Shown piece after piece: positions 22,866-34,501 of a stretch of DNA of 64,000 bases; positions within the stretch are counted from its first letter, which is position 1, and each line of letters opens with the position of its first letter. Position numbers and translations under genes: made by a program. This stretch comes from Histomonas meleagridis 2922-C6/04-290x (lineage: Eukaryota > Protista > Parabasalia). The stretch spans positions 62,001 through 126,000 of the forward strand of contig JAANOX010000126.1 in NCBI GenBank assembly GCA_020184695.1, written 5' to 3'. The notes under the pieces were generated by a model that was not told where the DNA came from, ran no database searches, and saw only the letters and a list, made by a program, of their open reading frames with translations.

Positions 22866-25568
22866 TCAGTAACCATCGTCCGAACCCTTTGACGCGCTAA
22901 AATCGTTTTCCTTGTGCCCCGTTATATCGTACATCATTTTCTTTAGAAGCGGCAACTTATATCTCAAAGCCACCGCTGATTCTGTAGATTGGTTATGGTA
23001 ATAATTCAACAATTCTTCGACTTCTTGGAAGACTGATCTTATTACGTTCTTTTTTGCTGCCACTTCTTCAAACTCTCTTTTCATTTCGTCTGAAATTCTG
23101 GAGTTTTCTTCGATTATTCTTTTGTTTTCTCTTTCGAACTCTTCCGGATCTTTGTCGTATTGCCCTGGCAAGTCGACATCAGTTCGTAATATCTTCTTAA
23201 TGTTTTCCATTTTAATATTTAACTCATTAATTTTGTTTTCAACTTTCTTACAATCGCTTTTGATTTGCGTAATTTGTTTCATTGCTTCATATATTTCGCG
23301 ATTATGTAACAAGTTCTTCTTCCGACAATTTTCGATTTTCTTTGTTAACTCATTAATAAGTTGTTCATTACTTTCATACGTACGTTGTTGTAACGCATAA
23401 TAATATGGAAGAAACAATGTTTGATGATTAGAATCTAATCGATTCATAATAACATCAATTGTTTGTGCGTCTGATGGATCGATTTTTATTGGCTTTATTT
23501 CGCCATTTAATTCCTCGAGGACTTTCGCTTGCTTCTTGCAAAGTTTTAATTCGTCGTCTTTCTCTTTCTTTTTATGTTGGTAATCATTCTTTAATGAGTT
23601 ATATTTCGTTTGGAGTTGATCCAACAAATCAATGATGTACTTATGCGGAGGTGATGGCGCCTGTCCGAACTTGTCCATATATATCGAAAACGTTTTATTC
23701 GCTTCGGTAACAAATTCGCGTTTATATTTGGAGATGTCTTTCTCCGATTTAAACAAGCGGTCGCATTCATCATATAGTTTAGTGGGCGAGTCGCCTTGTA
23801 TTTGTGAGTTAAGCGCTTCGACTTGTCCCATTTTCAAATGTTCAGATCGTAACTTTTGCATGTAATCATATTGTTTCTGGTCGAATTCATCACGTCGTTT
23901 AATGAGGATTTCATATTTCGCAGATAATGTATATACTGGCGCTTTCTCTTCAACTAATTCAAATATATTATTAAATAATACTAATCCTTGATCAGATGAA
24001 AATACATATTTAGAATCATCAAAACATCCATAAAGACTCCAACTTTCACCATCATATCTCCATATGTCATTTAATTGGGCACCATCAACATTAAAACCGC
24101 CGGCTATAAATAAATAACCGTCACGATAGAAAGCATTGTGTGAATACCGCGGGGGTGGCCCGGTGGACGTTAAGCGGCACTTCCATATAGGATTAAGGGG
24201 ACCGTTAATAGATATGTCTAACTCCCAGAGGTCCCCCATTAACGATAAGTTTTCAGATAAACCGCCGAATAAGAAGATCTTGTTTCCACACCGAGTGAGC
24301 GTATGATGCGTTCTAACAGGTGGACTGTTGCCGTAAGGCACAAATTCACGATATGTACAACAATCTCCACCAGAATAAATTAGAAGTAAAATTTTCGATG
24401 AGTATTCATTACATCGTTTTCCTCCAAACGTATAAATATAATATTTTTGGTTAACCTTAACACAAACTGAGGAATGTAATGTCATAATGGGGAAAACAGA
24501 TCCTAATACACAGATTTCTTTCCATTTAATATTCTTCTTGATATTTAATACCCAAAAATCAACGCCATTTGATACTCCATTTCCTCCTAAAATTGCAATC
24601 TTGTTTTCATCTAATGCAAAAATAGAACAATTGCTTCGAGATTTAGGAGCAATATCAAAATTGGTTGTTTTATATTCCTCTCCTAATCCATTAGAATAAA
24701 AAGTTGAGATGTAATGAGGGGTTTCGAACAAGAAAACAGCAGTTTTCCCGGTTGATGCGAATCCGAGAATTTTCTTTGGGAATTTCGGGAAGGTTTTAAG
24801 AAGGCACTGAGAAATCGGTGGGAGTTCTTTCTCATCGAGGTAGTCATAGTTGATTAACATCATTGTGGAACGCTCATCAACTCGTGCAATTGATTTACGT
24901 GCCTTTTTGCCAAGTGAAACAAATCGTTCACTACTTAAGTTACGTGCTGGGCCGCTGTTGAGGTCGCCAGAAAGAACCATGTAATGTTGATCGCCAAGCT
25001 GGAAAACTCTATCATCAATTATTGATGCAAAATCTTGGTTTACAAGACTGATGCGAGTGCGCCTGGCTTTGGGCGATTTGTTGGGTAATGAAACATTATC
25101 AGATTTTTGGTCGGTTTTTGATTCGGAAAGTGGGATTAGAGAGCCCTCTATAAAATCACTATCTGATATAGAATCCACGGAATCTAATGAAGTTGAAGAG
25201 TTCTCGCTTTGCTGTTCATTACCCCCATCTGATGAATTATCGGCATCAAGCATTGGTGTATAAAAAAATAACATATCAGGATCAGACGCCTTAAAATCTT
25301 TTAGGTTTTTGTTATTTTCAATATGTTGATGAGGCCTTACTTCTCTACGTTTGATATCTCCTAGTTTTGCATTGAGTGAATTAATGTCATTTTCTGGTAT
25401 AATAATTGTTGTTTTTGAATTAGTGTTTTTGCCCTCTGGTGAATTGCTTTTTTCTGGTACAAGAATTGACATTGGTAAAAGAAAAGAATTTTTGAAACCG
25501 ATTTGGAAAACCGTAAATAAACGTCTCCACGTTAAACTTCTCCAGTAAATATATAAAAGCTTATTCAT
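22866..25568 (-). CDS. Kelch-repeat plus coiled-coil protein
   Basis: Repeated GG motifs (IYTFGG, IFLFGG, LFIAGG), PPPRYSH blades, C-terminal coiled coil. Confidence 0.8.
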   Translation of the reverse strand: MNKLLYIYWRSLTWRRLFTVFQIGFKNSFLLPMSILVPEKSNSPEGKNTNSKTTIIIPENDINSLNAKLGDIKRREVRPHQHIENNKNLKDFKASDPDMLFFYTPMLDADNSSDGGNEQQSENSSTSLDSVDSISDSDFIEGSLIPLSESKTDQKSDNVSLPNKSPKARRTRISLVNQDFASIIDDRVFQLGDQHYMVLSGDLNSGPARNLSSERFVSLGKKARKSIARVDERSTMMLINYDYLDEKELPPISQCLLKTFPKFPKKILGFASTGKTAVFLFETPHYISTFYSNGLGEEYKTTNFDIAPKSRSNCSIFALDENKIAILGGNGVSNGVDFWVLNIKKNIKWKEICVLGSVFPIMTLHSSVCVKVNQKYYIYTFGGKRCNEYSSKILLLIYSGGDCCTYREFVPYGNSPPVRTHHTLTRCGNKIFLFGGLSENLSLMGDLWELDISINGPLNPIWKCRLTSTGPPPRYSHNAFYRDGYLFIAGGFNVDGAQLNDIWRYDGESWSLYGCFDDSKYVFSSDQGLVLFNNIFELVEEKAPVYTLSAKYEILIKRRDEFDQKQYDYMQKLRSEHLKMGQVEALNSQIQGDSPTKLYDECDRLFKSEKDISKYKREFVTEANKTFSIYMDKFGQAPSPPHKYIIDLLDQLQTKYNSLKNDYQHKKKEKDDELKLCKKQAKVLEELNGEIKPIKIDPSDAQTIDVIMNRLDSNHQTLFLPYYYALQQRTYESNEQLINELTKKIENCRKKNLLHNREIYEAMKQITQIKSDCKKVENKINELNIKMENIKKILRTDVDLPGQYDKDPEEFERENKRIIEENSRISDEMKREFEEVAAKKNVIRSVFQEVEELLNYYHNQSTESAVALRYKLPLLKKMMYDITGHKENDFSASKGSDDGY

Positions 25569-26581
25569 TTTTGGTTATGCAAGTATAACAACAATTAATG
25601 CAATAATTATGTTTTGACTTTAAATTTCAAGATATCATTTAAATAATTATTTAAATGGCAATACAATTGTATAAAATAAAAAAATGTTGTTTTTATTTAC
25701 CATTTTAGTTAATTATTTATTGAATAAACATTTTTCGAAAAATTACTTAATTTTCTCATCATAATTCTGTAATACCTCTTTCTCATCCCCGAGAAAATTA
25801 TAAATATTTAAAATTGGATAAACCCAACCTATATTTCTTTACAAATCATATATTTCGATTTATTTTACGTATAATAAATAGTTATTCAGCATTACAACGA
25901 TTTATGTATATTAATTTTCATATACTAAAATAAGTAATGTTAATAAATATTTATATTTTTTTTTATATCATTTTTATTTTTTTATCATAAAGTATATCAC
26001 ATGGATTATATATCATCATGTGAATATTATATAATTATATAGAGTTAAATATTATGAAACATATAATATTATATGAAACAAAAGATATTATCCAAATATA
26101 AAACATTTTTTAAGACAAAAATATCATTATCAAAGAAAAATCCTAAAATATGCATATTATTTAGTATTTATATTAGTTGTTTTGAGAGAATAATTATTAA
26201 TAAATGATTATATCACTTCATATATTGAAAATTTAAAAATTCATCAGATGGCTTAATTTTGATCCATATTCTCATTATAATATTGATCAAAATATATCTA
26301 TTCTCAATCCATAATTAAGATTCTATTTAAAAAATATATAATCATTGAAAATGGTAATTATATTCAAATCAAATAACGTGATAATAAGTCATTCCGTTTT
26401 AATTTATAGTATCAAATTCTCAGCTAATTTTTGCATAAAGATTTTTTTATATTATTATATTATTCAAAGCACAAAACCACTTATCGTTAATAGAATTTCC
26501 TTGTGAATCCAAATTTAACTTTCCTTACATTATAAAAAAGTGTCACTGAGTTTTTACAACACAAAAATCAAACAAACATAG

Positions 26582-28144
26582 TTAATTTATTTTCATGTAT
26601 ATTGGCTGGTAATCGCATAAGCGGGTTTCCTTATGAAGTGGCTTCAGTATTTGTTTTCGCTTTTTCTGATCATTCTTGGTCACTTTTTCTATTTCATCGC
26701 ACAAAGCGTTTGTTAAGTTTAATACTGAATTTACATTTGTTTTTTCTAAGTATTCATTCATTATCATCATGAAATGTTCAACGTGTCCTTTAGTATGCAA
26801 CAAAAACTTAGGATAAATCAAAATCAACAAAGCAGCTGCAATAAATCTTGGATAAGCAGAATTCTTTGCAGTAATTATTGAGTCCCATAAACGAAATATT
26901 TCATTATATTTAAATTCTCTTTTAAACAATAAAATGATTGGACGAAACATAAATATTATATTCGAAACTCCTTCTTCTTCTAATAATTTATATAATGGTT
27001 TATGTATTTCTTTGATAATTTCCATGGTTTTGGATAAGACAAATTCTTGTGACTTAGATAAGTCTATAAAAATTAAGTCTTGCCGAGTAAGTTCCATAAG
27101 GCCAACAAAGTTCCAGAAAACGAAACTTTCGGTTTCTTGTTGGGTTTTGATGCTCCCATCAAAAAAAAGTGCCTTGTCGCCTTCCCATTTTTTTATATAT
27201 AAAAGAATAAATGGGGAAACTATGTCGCACATGCCTTGGACATAGCCAGAATCACGATTGTAAAGTGAGTATGTAATAAGAACATGACGAAGAACATCAA
27301 GATTTGGACTTCCTTCACAAAAAGCTGGAAGTTGACGATCATTACGAATAACATCGTTTTCAATAACTGTCATCATGTCTTTTACAGCTTGAGATGATTT
27401 GCGTTGAAAAGATGTGATATAATGAAATTGATTAAATATTTTAAGATATTCATTAAGTAAGTTCTGTAGACGCTGATGAACTTCGGATTCGCTGAAGTTA
27501 AATGGTATAACATTGAGAAGATATGGCCATACAAATGGACGAGATTCATCATCAAGACCACGACTGAAAATTTGAGAATATAAATCCTCGATATTGCTAT
27601 TTTTGAATTCTTCAAGTGAAACAGAAATTTCGCCACGAACTAAGGGACAAAAATTGAACTTCCGAAGAATTTCATTGTGAATTGCAATTTGAACTGCCTT
27701 ATCGGCTGGAAGAGATGTTGGTGGAATGTAAGATTGTTCTATTTCATCTCCATATTGAGTTGGTTTACTGATAACTTTAAATGAATTCTTTCTATTTGGA
27801 TGTGCTTCAATAAGATTTTTGACCAATAGATACTCTGTCATGTGAGTAACAAAAATATCAGGAGCTTTATGGAAAATGAATCTGGGAAGTCGCGAATTAT
27901 CACTTAAGATGAATCTTAGTGCGATTGAATCAAAAGAAATATCACGTCTTATGATTTCAGATAGTTGGTAAAATGAAATGATGATAGAATTTGGAATTTG
28001 AAATTGTGTTAAAGCATCATTTTTTTGATTTTTTGAAGGTTTCCACTCAAAATAAAATTCTTTTCCTTTTGAATATAAAAGAAAGGTGCCATTACAGAAT
28101 GAATTGGTTACAATTTCAAAGTCAACATCTGTAACTTCCATCAT
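26582..28144 (-). CDS. TBC-domain Rab-GAP (TBC1D15/Gyp7-like)
   Basis: RPFVWPYLL, IENDVIRND (R finger), GYVQGMCD (Q finger), LLFKREF...RLWD. Confidence 0.9.
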   Translation of the reverse strand: MMEVTDVDFEIVTNSFCNGTFLLYSKGKEFYFEWKPSKNQKNDALTQFQIPNSIIISFYQLSEIIRRDISFDSIALRFILSDNSRLPRFIFHKAPDIFVTHMTEYLLVKNLIEAHPNRKNSFKVISKPTQYGDEIEQSYIPPTSLPADKAVQIAIHNEILRKFNFCPLVRGEISVSLEEFKNSNIEDLYSQIFSRGLDDESRPFVWPYLLNVIPFNFSESEVHQRLQNLLNEYLKIFNQFHYITSFQRKSSQAVKDMMTVIENDVIRNDRQLPAFCEGSPNLDVLRHVLITYSLYNRDSGYVQGMCDIVSPFILLYIKKWEGDKALFFDGSIKTQQETESFVFWNFVGLMELTRQDLIFIDLSKSQEFVLSKTMEIIKEIHKPLYKLLEEEGVSNIIFMFRPIILLFKREFKYNEIFRLWDSIITAKNSAYPRFIAAALLILIYPKFLLHTKGHVEHFMMIMNEYLEKTNVNSVLNLTNALCDEIEKVTKNDQKKRKQILKPLHKETRLCDYQPIYMKIN

Positions 28145-28570
28145 CTTATTTTTGCAAAAAGATTGTGTAGTTTACTTGAATAAAGCATTCAACTAAAAAA
28201 TGGAAGAAGATGAAGGATATCAATCGGATAAGACTAAAATATGCGGTGCTAATTTAAAAGTGTATCTAAAGAACTAAAGCATGAACGTTGCTACCCTTTG
28301 TAATCAAGCATTGTCACTTATTGATTTTAATAAATTTGAAAGGAAAGAATATGCACTTTCTTTCCTGCAAAAAATGTAAATTTTACCTTGAATACTATAG
28401 TTATAAGATCATGAATATGATTTACATACGAAATAGGGATCAAAAAATATTGAATGAGAAACGATTGTTTTGTTTCAAATTTGATTGTATTGAAAATATT
28501 ATTCAATTACAGTGAACGTTAAAATTGCTATCAAATTAAGTGGTCGAACACTTAAAATCAAAATTATAAA

Positions 28571-29320
28571 ATGTCGAAAGACGAAGTGATTGGAGCTCTT
28601 CCCCCAAGTGAAAAAGAAGTTCTTAAATGGGCTATTGAAAACAGTCAAGATGTTAAAAATATTCGAAATGATCATTTAATGTCACATGAAGAATTCAAAG
28701 AAATGTGGAATGATCTTTGTCCAGATACTGTTCAACAATTAAAAGATAATATTGCAAAAATCCAATCAAATCCACCAAGAGATGAAATGTATCTTGCTTT
28801 AGATAGACTTTTATTCATTGTTGAAGATATTGATGCAGCAGATTGGTTTGTTGACCTTCATGGATTTGATATTGTTTTACCATTGTTAGAAAACGAAGAT
28901 GCTGAAGTCAGGATGGCAGCTGCTTGGATTATAGCAAATATATTACAAAATAATCCAAAAGATCAGCAAAAATTCACTGAACAGGTTGGTATGGAACGTG
29001 TCATGAAGCCATTCCAAGATGAAACTGTTGAGAAACCAATGGCCAGAAAATTCAGTTTAATTTCAAATGCAATTCGTGGAAGTAAAATACTTCGCCAACA
29101 ATTCTATCAATTAGGTGGAATCAAAGCGATGATGGATATATGCACCAAATTCAAACAGATTTACTTTAAATTCTGTTGGTTAATTGGCGCAATTCTAGAT
29201 GAAAATGATGAAGATGACAAGAAAGTTTTTGATGAGTGCCATCTCAAAGAGTACCTCATTGAACATAAGGCAGATATTAATGACGACGAAGTTTTAGAAA
29301 ATGTCATTTCACGTATGTAA
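28571..29320 (+). CDS. Hsp70 nucleotide exchange factor HSPBP1/Fes1-like (ARM)
   Basis: LKWAIENS, LFIVEDIDAA, EVRMAAAWIIANILQNNPKDQ. Confidence 0.85.
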   Translation: MSKDEVIGALPPSEKEVLKWAIENSQDVKNIRNDHLMSHEEFKEMWNDLCPDTVQQLKDNIAKIQSNPPRDEMYLALDRLLFIVEDIDAADWFVDLHGFDIVLPLLENEDAEVRMAAAWIIANILQNNPKDQQKFTEQVGMERVMKPFQDETVEKPMARKFSLISNAIRGSKILRQQFYQLGGIKAMMDICTKFKQIYFKFCWLIGAILDENDEDDKKVFDECHLKEYLIEHKADINDDEVLENVISRM

Positions 29321-29373
29321 AATCTTGAATAAATTATTTTAAAAATGTTTATTTTAAAATATAAGAACGACTT

Positions 29374-29688
29374 TTATGCATATCCTCGTGCAAATGGACG
29401 AACTTTACCAACACCGAATTGTATGAAAGAAGAATTTGACTGAAATTGTATTGGAGGTACTTCTTCTTCTTTAAGTGTTATTACATTTACTCCGCGTATT
29501 ACTAATAATCCCCTGTCAGAGATATTTGGATATCCATCTGTTATAATAATTTCTTGACAATCTTTAAGAACAAGATTGAGATGCTTATCAAATCCTATTA
29601 GAATACCTCTAAATATCCTGTTTTCTGATATTCTTGCTTCTACACGAGAATTTAATAATGATTTTAATCTGAAAGAATTGTTTTCCAT
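29374..29688 (-). CDS. Sm-fold snRNP protein, SmB-like
   Basis: Sm1 RIFRGILIGFDKHLNLVLKDCQE, Sm2 GLLVIRGVNV, and a GVGKVRPFARG tail. Confidence 0.8.
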   Translation of the reverse strand: MENNSFRLKSLLNSRVEARISENRIFRGILIGFDKHLNLVLKDCQEIIITDGYPNISDRGLLVIRGVNVITLKEEEVPPIQFQSNSSFIQFGVGKVRPFARGYA

Positions 29689-29752
29689 TTGGCTTTGGGA
29701 TATGACATGTCATGTGAAAATAATAGAGTACGTTTACAATACGTTTGAAAAA

Positions 29753-30730
29753 ATGGAATATTCTTGTGCATATTTAGGAGTATCAGGAAGTAGTATTTCA
29801 TTTGAAATTGCTAGCCCTCGTTTAGGTGTTATACAACAATTTTTGTTTTGCTTAACAACAGCTGTTACAATTACAAATATCACTTCAATTACACGAATTC
29901 GTTACATTGATCAAGTTGATACAGCAGAAATGTCAGTGCCAGGAAGTGTTGAATTTTTAACTGGAAATATACCATCTTTTCTATATAAAGATCCATATTA
30001 TCCTTCACATTCAGTTGGTTCACGATATTCATCTATTTATCCAAATAGCGCTGTACAAGATACTCAAAATTGCATATTAATAAGAGATACTGCTGTTTCA
30101 CATGAATACTCATATTTATATACTGTACAACTCGATAATCCCATAACAGATCCTGGTAATAACGAAGCATGGGTTGGTTTTTTAACAAGTGATGATTTAG
30201 TTTCTGGGTCTAAACATGGTTTTATATGTGACAAACCAACAATCTCGTCAACATGTGATTCTAATACCGAACAACCCACACATTACGGATCATGTATTGC
30301 TCTTTCTACTGATGATTGTTATCCTCAGCGATCAGGCAATAAAAGATGTTATACTGGTATCAAAGATCAATACGAAGTGTGTACCATTATTCGTAACATG
30401 AACCAACAATATCAAAACAGAAACATTGGACCTGGGATAGTGAAAACATTTATTCCAAATCTCCTTATGAAGCACACGCGAGGAATTGGAGTCGAAGATT
30501 ACGTTCGCATCAACGAGACCGTTTACAATGAAGCTGTTGATCCAAGAGCTCCAAACGACAAAACAAGGAGAACAGGGATATTACCGAAGTGTAGTGCTGA
30601 AACTTGCTTCGATTCTATGTATGTTGCACAGGGAAGTAATGCTCAATTGCCCATACATGATCAAGTATATTCTGCTAACATTGCACTTGAAATTGCGAGA
30701 AGACTTCTTACAAATTGTACAATAGATTGA
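29753..30730 (+). CDS. Cys-rich hypothetical protein
   Basis: 325-aa ORF from ATG 29753. The track's 29576 extension overlaps SmB antisense. No family recognised. Confidence 0.65.
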   Translation: MEYSCAYLGVSGSSISFEIASPRLGVIQQFLFCLTTAVTITNITSITRIRYIDQVDTAEMSVPGSVEFLTGNIPSFLYKDPYYPSHSVGSRYSSIYPNSAVQDTQNCILIRDTAVSHEYSYLYTVQLDNPITDPGNNEAWVGFLTSDDLVSGSKHGFICDKPTISSTCDSNTEQPTHYGSCIALSTDDCYPQRSGNKRCYTGIKDQYEVCTIIRNMNQQYQNRNIGPGIVKTFIPNLLMKHTRGIGVEDYVRINETVYNEAVDPRAPNDKTRRTGILPKCSAETCFDSMYVAQGSNAQLPIHDQVYSANIALEIARRLLTNCTID

Positions 30731-31128
30731 GACAATATTTTATGTAATAAAGATAAAATGATTATAATATTGTGACTCAAAAAATTAAATTTTTTATAAA
30801 AAGACATAAAGAAATTAATTTCAGGAATTTCCATCCAATCGATTGAATTTTTGAAGATACCCGAATGATGATGATAATATTATGTTATGAATTTTTATGA
30901 AAATGCTAAAAAAACATACATAAAAAACATCAAACATTTTATTCAGCTTATTTTCATATAAAACGATAAGTGTTGATATCAACCATAAACGAATTCAACC
31001 ATTCAATTTTTGTGTGTAAAAATCGGTTATTTTGTATCGAAATTATTCGGCATTTCAAAAAAAGTTTATTTTTCAGTAGTTTAGTTAAAACTGTCGGAGA
31101 TAATTGTTTTTGTTCATTTTGTGGGTGA

Positions 31129-32922
31129 CTATTTAATTAATTCATCCAGAGAGTCATAAAACATAACCTTATAATCATCAGGAATTGCGTCATCATTTGA
31201 TATGCTATCTTTTATTTCATTTATCATTTGGCTAAAATCGATATCGTAATTATTTTCATCGATTAAATTTCGAATTTTATCCACAACATTACCATAGACC
31301 TCTAAGAAGAGTTCATCGTTATCCATTTTCTTTGACTTTATTTTATCTTCCAAATCTTCATCAGATACATTTCCACATTTTTTGATTGCATTTCTTAAAA
31401 CATTATCTGGAATATTTGGTATTAATTTAATAAATTCATCGTAATCAAGATTTGGAATTTGTTTTATTTCTTCGTTAATAATTTTGTTAAGTCTTTTATC
31501 ATCCATTTGATCTTTTTCAGTGTTTTGTTCTATGTTCATATAAATATTTATCTCTTTGGTAAATATTTCTTTTTGATTATCAATAAATTCATTTACTTTA
31601 TCATCTATGAGGAAATTAATTTCATTACACTCATCAAATATTTCGCTTTTAATTTTATCGAAAATTTCATTATCATTAATTTCTGTTACATCATGATTTT
31701 CGATTAAGTTCTTTAATTTATCTGATTCTTCTTCAAATCGTTTTTCAATCATTCGCTTAATATAAAGGAATTGAATCTCTTTAATTTTGTCCAAATATTC
31801 CAATGTTTTCTTGAATTCTTCGGATATTTTTTCGGTAATTTTCTGCTTAAACTCATTATATATTTCCATTTCTTTTATGTTTGTTTGTTCAAGTTGTTTG
31901 TCCAATTTTTCTATTGATTTTTCGATTATTTCGTTTTCGTTTATTTCCGGTAATTTTATATTGTTTTGCTCGATTTTAATTCCTAAATCTTCGTTGATTT
32001 CTTCAAGTGCTTTAATTCCTTCGCGAATAATGTTATCAACAATTGGTGTATATATTTGAGATATTGATGAACTTAATATACATTTGATACATTTTTCAGT
32101 AATTTCTGTTATCGATTCGTTTTCGTCTTTCTCTGATATCATTTTAAAGATTTTCGAAGCTAATTCCGAATCAATCGCTGTTTTCTCTCGTGCTTCTTCA
32201 ATGTGATGAATAACATTTCGCGCAAAAATTTTAAAACCTTCGTTAAACTCATCGCCTTGTTCAAATGGACTTGAATTGATATCATATTGTGACAGAGGAA
32301 TCGCTTCTTCTATTCCAACCATTTTGTGGATCTTTTTGGTAACTTTCTTTTGAAATTTGGCAAATTGACCTTTCGTTGGATAATATCTTTCGGTATTCGG
32401 TACAAGTGCGATGATGTTTGTGGGAAAATTATACTTTTCAGTAACTGATTGAACAGTTTTAATTATGTCTAACATAATTTTGATGTTTAGAACTTGATCA
32501 AGTGACGTTTTTTCCCCAATGATTGTTATGAGAACATTGGAAAGAATTGAATAAGGTAAAATTAATTGACTTAAAATAGATTTTTTGGTTTCGAGATTGC
32601 CTCCTGATTTAATTCCATCGCATCCTTCGATGTCAACAAAAAATATTTGCGTGTCATCGTCTGCTTGTTGTTTCATATTATATCTTTCTCTAAATTCATT
32701 TAACGAAATAGGTCCATAAATAAAAGCGCCTTTTGACTTTTTTTCAATATCGGGATCATTTTTAAGAATTTTGATTGTGGTTGTTTTCCCTGAATTTGCA
32801 CCGAAAACAGTCACAAAAACAACTGGTTTCCCATTTGCTTTTAACATTGCTTTCTGAAAAGCTTCTGGGATTAGTTCATACTTGGTTAAATTGCCTTCAT
32901 TTGTTCTTTTTGTGCACTCCAT
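31129..32922 (-). CDS. GBP/atlastin-like large GTPase with helical acidic tail
   Basis: VVFVTVFGANSGKTT (G1-like) and IFFVDIEG (G3) followed by a long coiled coil. Confidence 0.65.
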   Translation of the reverse strand: MECTKRTNEGNLTKYELIPEAFQKAMLKANGKPVVFVTVFGANSGKTTTIKILKNDPDIEKKSKGAFIYGPISLNEFRERYNMKQQADDDTQIFFVDIEGCDGIKSGGNLETKKSILSQLILPYSILSNVLITIIGEKTSLDQVLNIKIMLDIIKTVQSVTEKYNFPTNIIALVPNTERYYPTKGQFAKFQKKVTKKIHKMVGIEEAIPLSQYDINSSPFEQGDEFNEGFKIFARNVIHHIEEAREKTAIDSELASKIFKMISEKDENESITEITEKCIKCILSSSISQIYTPIVDNIIREGIKALEEINEDLGIKIEQNNIKLPEINENEIIEKSIEKLDKQLEQTNIKEMEIYNEFKQKITEKISEEFKKTLEYLDKIKEIQFLYIKRMIEKRFEEESDKLKNLIENHDVTEINDNEIFDKIKSEIFDECNEINFLIDDKVNEFIDNQKEIFTKEINIYMNIEQNTEKDQMDDKRLNKIINEEIKQIPNLDYDEFIKLIPNIPDNVLRNAIKKCGNVSDEDLEDKIKSKKMDNDELFLEVYGNVVDKIRNLIDENNYDIDFSQMINEIKDSISNDDAIPDDYKVMFYDSLDELIK

Positions 32923-33322
32923 CCAAATTAATTAGGTGGCATTTTTTCTTTGTGAAAATATCAATAGTGCGACATGTGATATGAAAACATTAGGGTTGGA
33001 TGCACTTCAAAAAAAATTTCATTTTACCATAAAAATTATATCTTTTTTCATATTTTTCGGAGACGAATATGCTGAGCTTGGTTACACCAAAAGATAATGT
33101 GTGATTATGAAGATCTAATTTTCTATTTTGAATAAACTAAGATACCGAATGACGCACCAATACAATGTTCCATTTTTTTTTTTTTGTCTAACTTATTCGT
33201 CGAATTTTTTGATTTAAATGTGTTCGAAGCATTTGTTATTTATAAATTTTGGAGAAATTTATTTTTTACTTAATAAGTGTTTCATGAAACACTTTCAGGT
33301 TTTGTACAAAATATTTTAGTTT

Positions 33323-34405
33323 TTATATTTCAGTTATGGTTCCTTTTGTTTCTTTAACAATTGGCAAAAGTTCTGATTCAATTCTTTTAAACACTTGATT
33401 TGTATAAGCTACAACATAAACATCCAAACCTGAATCAATGATTAAGTCTTTTAATGATGCAATGTATTGAGAAACTTCTTTTGGGTCATTTCCAAACACA
33501 CCACAACCAAGCATACATAAAAAGAGCTTATTTGATCCTGGTCTTCCAGTGTATTTTAATGAGTTATCCCATGCACAAATAATAGCTGCCTTGTATTCAC
33601 TTGTCAGCATGTTCTTGGATACCATATGAGTAAATTGAGTTCGAGAAACATTTCCATTATAATTAAATGCAGAAGCATACACATGATGGGCTATCTGTGT
33701 GCCATCAAGAAAACGAAATGGGCCATTGTTCTTTCGTGTCATTGTAACAGGACAATTTTGATGTGAACCTACTCGATATTTAGTTTCATCGGTCCAATCA
33801 AATGATAACTTTTCAATTTTAGTAATATCAATTTGTTTCATGAAAACATAACCATGTTCAACAGTTAATGGTGTGTCTTTGATAAAATTTAATTTCTTTT
33901 TCAAGTTGCCCTCGAATACCAGGAATAACCTCAACAAAATAATTTCGATATAAGAGTGAAGGACCACATGCTATTGCACAATATGGTCCTTGAGTTTGGT
34001 CGTATGGATATGAAGAAATTCCTGAACGAGCTGATCCTTTATGGCTTGTGAATTCTAAGCAATTGAAATTAGATGCTGCTAAATATGTTGCTCCATCATT
34101 TTCAGGAATACTTTGACATTCAAGAATGTCAAGCATGGAAAAATTATTTGATTTTTTTAATTTACTTTTAACAATAAAAAGTTTTTCCCCACCTCTTTTT
34201 TCGTGCATTGGGATTTCACTGATTGATAAAGTTTGAAAAATTACAGAATTCCATGTTTTCCCATTTGCTTTATCTTCCATTATAGCCCCATCAGTTGTTT
34301 CTTTAACTATAATATTCTGGTATACACTAGTTTTTGATTCCTTAAAACCAAAAGTACCTTCAAAGAAGTTCGTGTTTCAAAAGATCTAACGTATGCACCC
34401 CACAT
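33323..34405 (-). pseudogene. Conserved uncharacterised protein (FNCLE / TQGP / LGCGVFGN motifs) with two frameshifts
   Basis: Three overlapping frames join as NFFEGTFGFKE...ASNFNCLE...YDQTQGPYCAIACG...YRNYF...LGCGVFGND. Shifts at ~34372 and ~33890. Confidence 0.6.
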
Positions 34406-34501
34406 CACAACCTCCAATAATTTCGTATAGTTTACATAAATAATGGTGCTAAAGTAAACGTTCAAATTAACGTCCGCCTTTAATAAAATTCTCTGTTTGC
34501 G

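Noticed and set aside
25570-26580. 1-kb very AT-rich gap with short coding-like scraps
   Set aside because: No ORF, repeat or structure could be supported.
29576-29752. N-terminal extension of the 384-aa ORF
   Set aside because: It is antisense to SmB; ATG 29753 is the plausible start.
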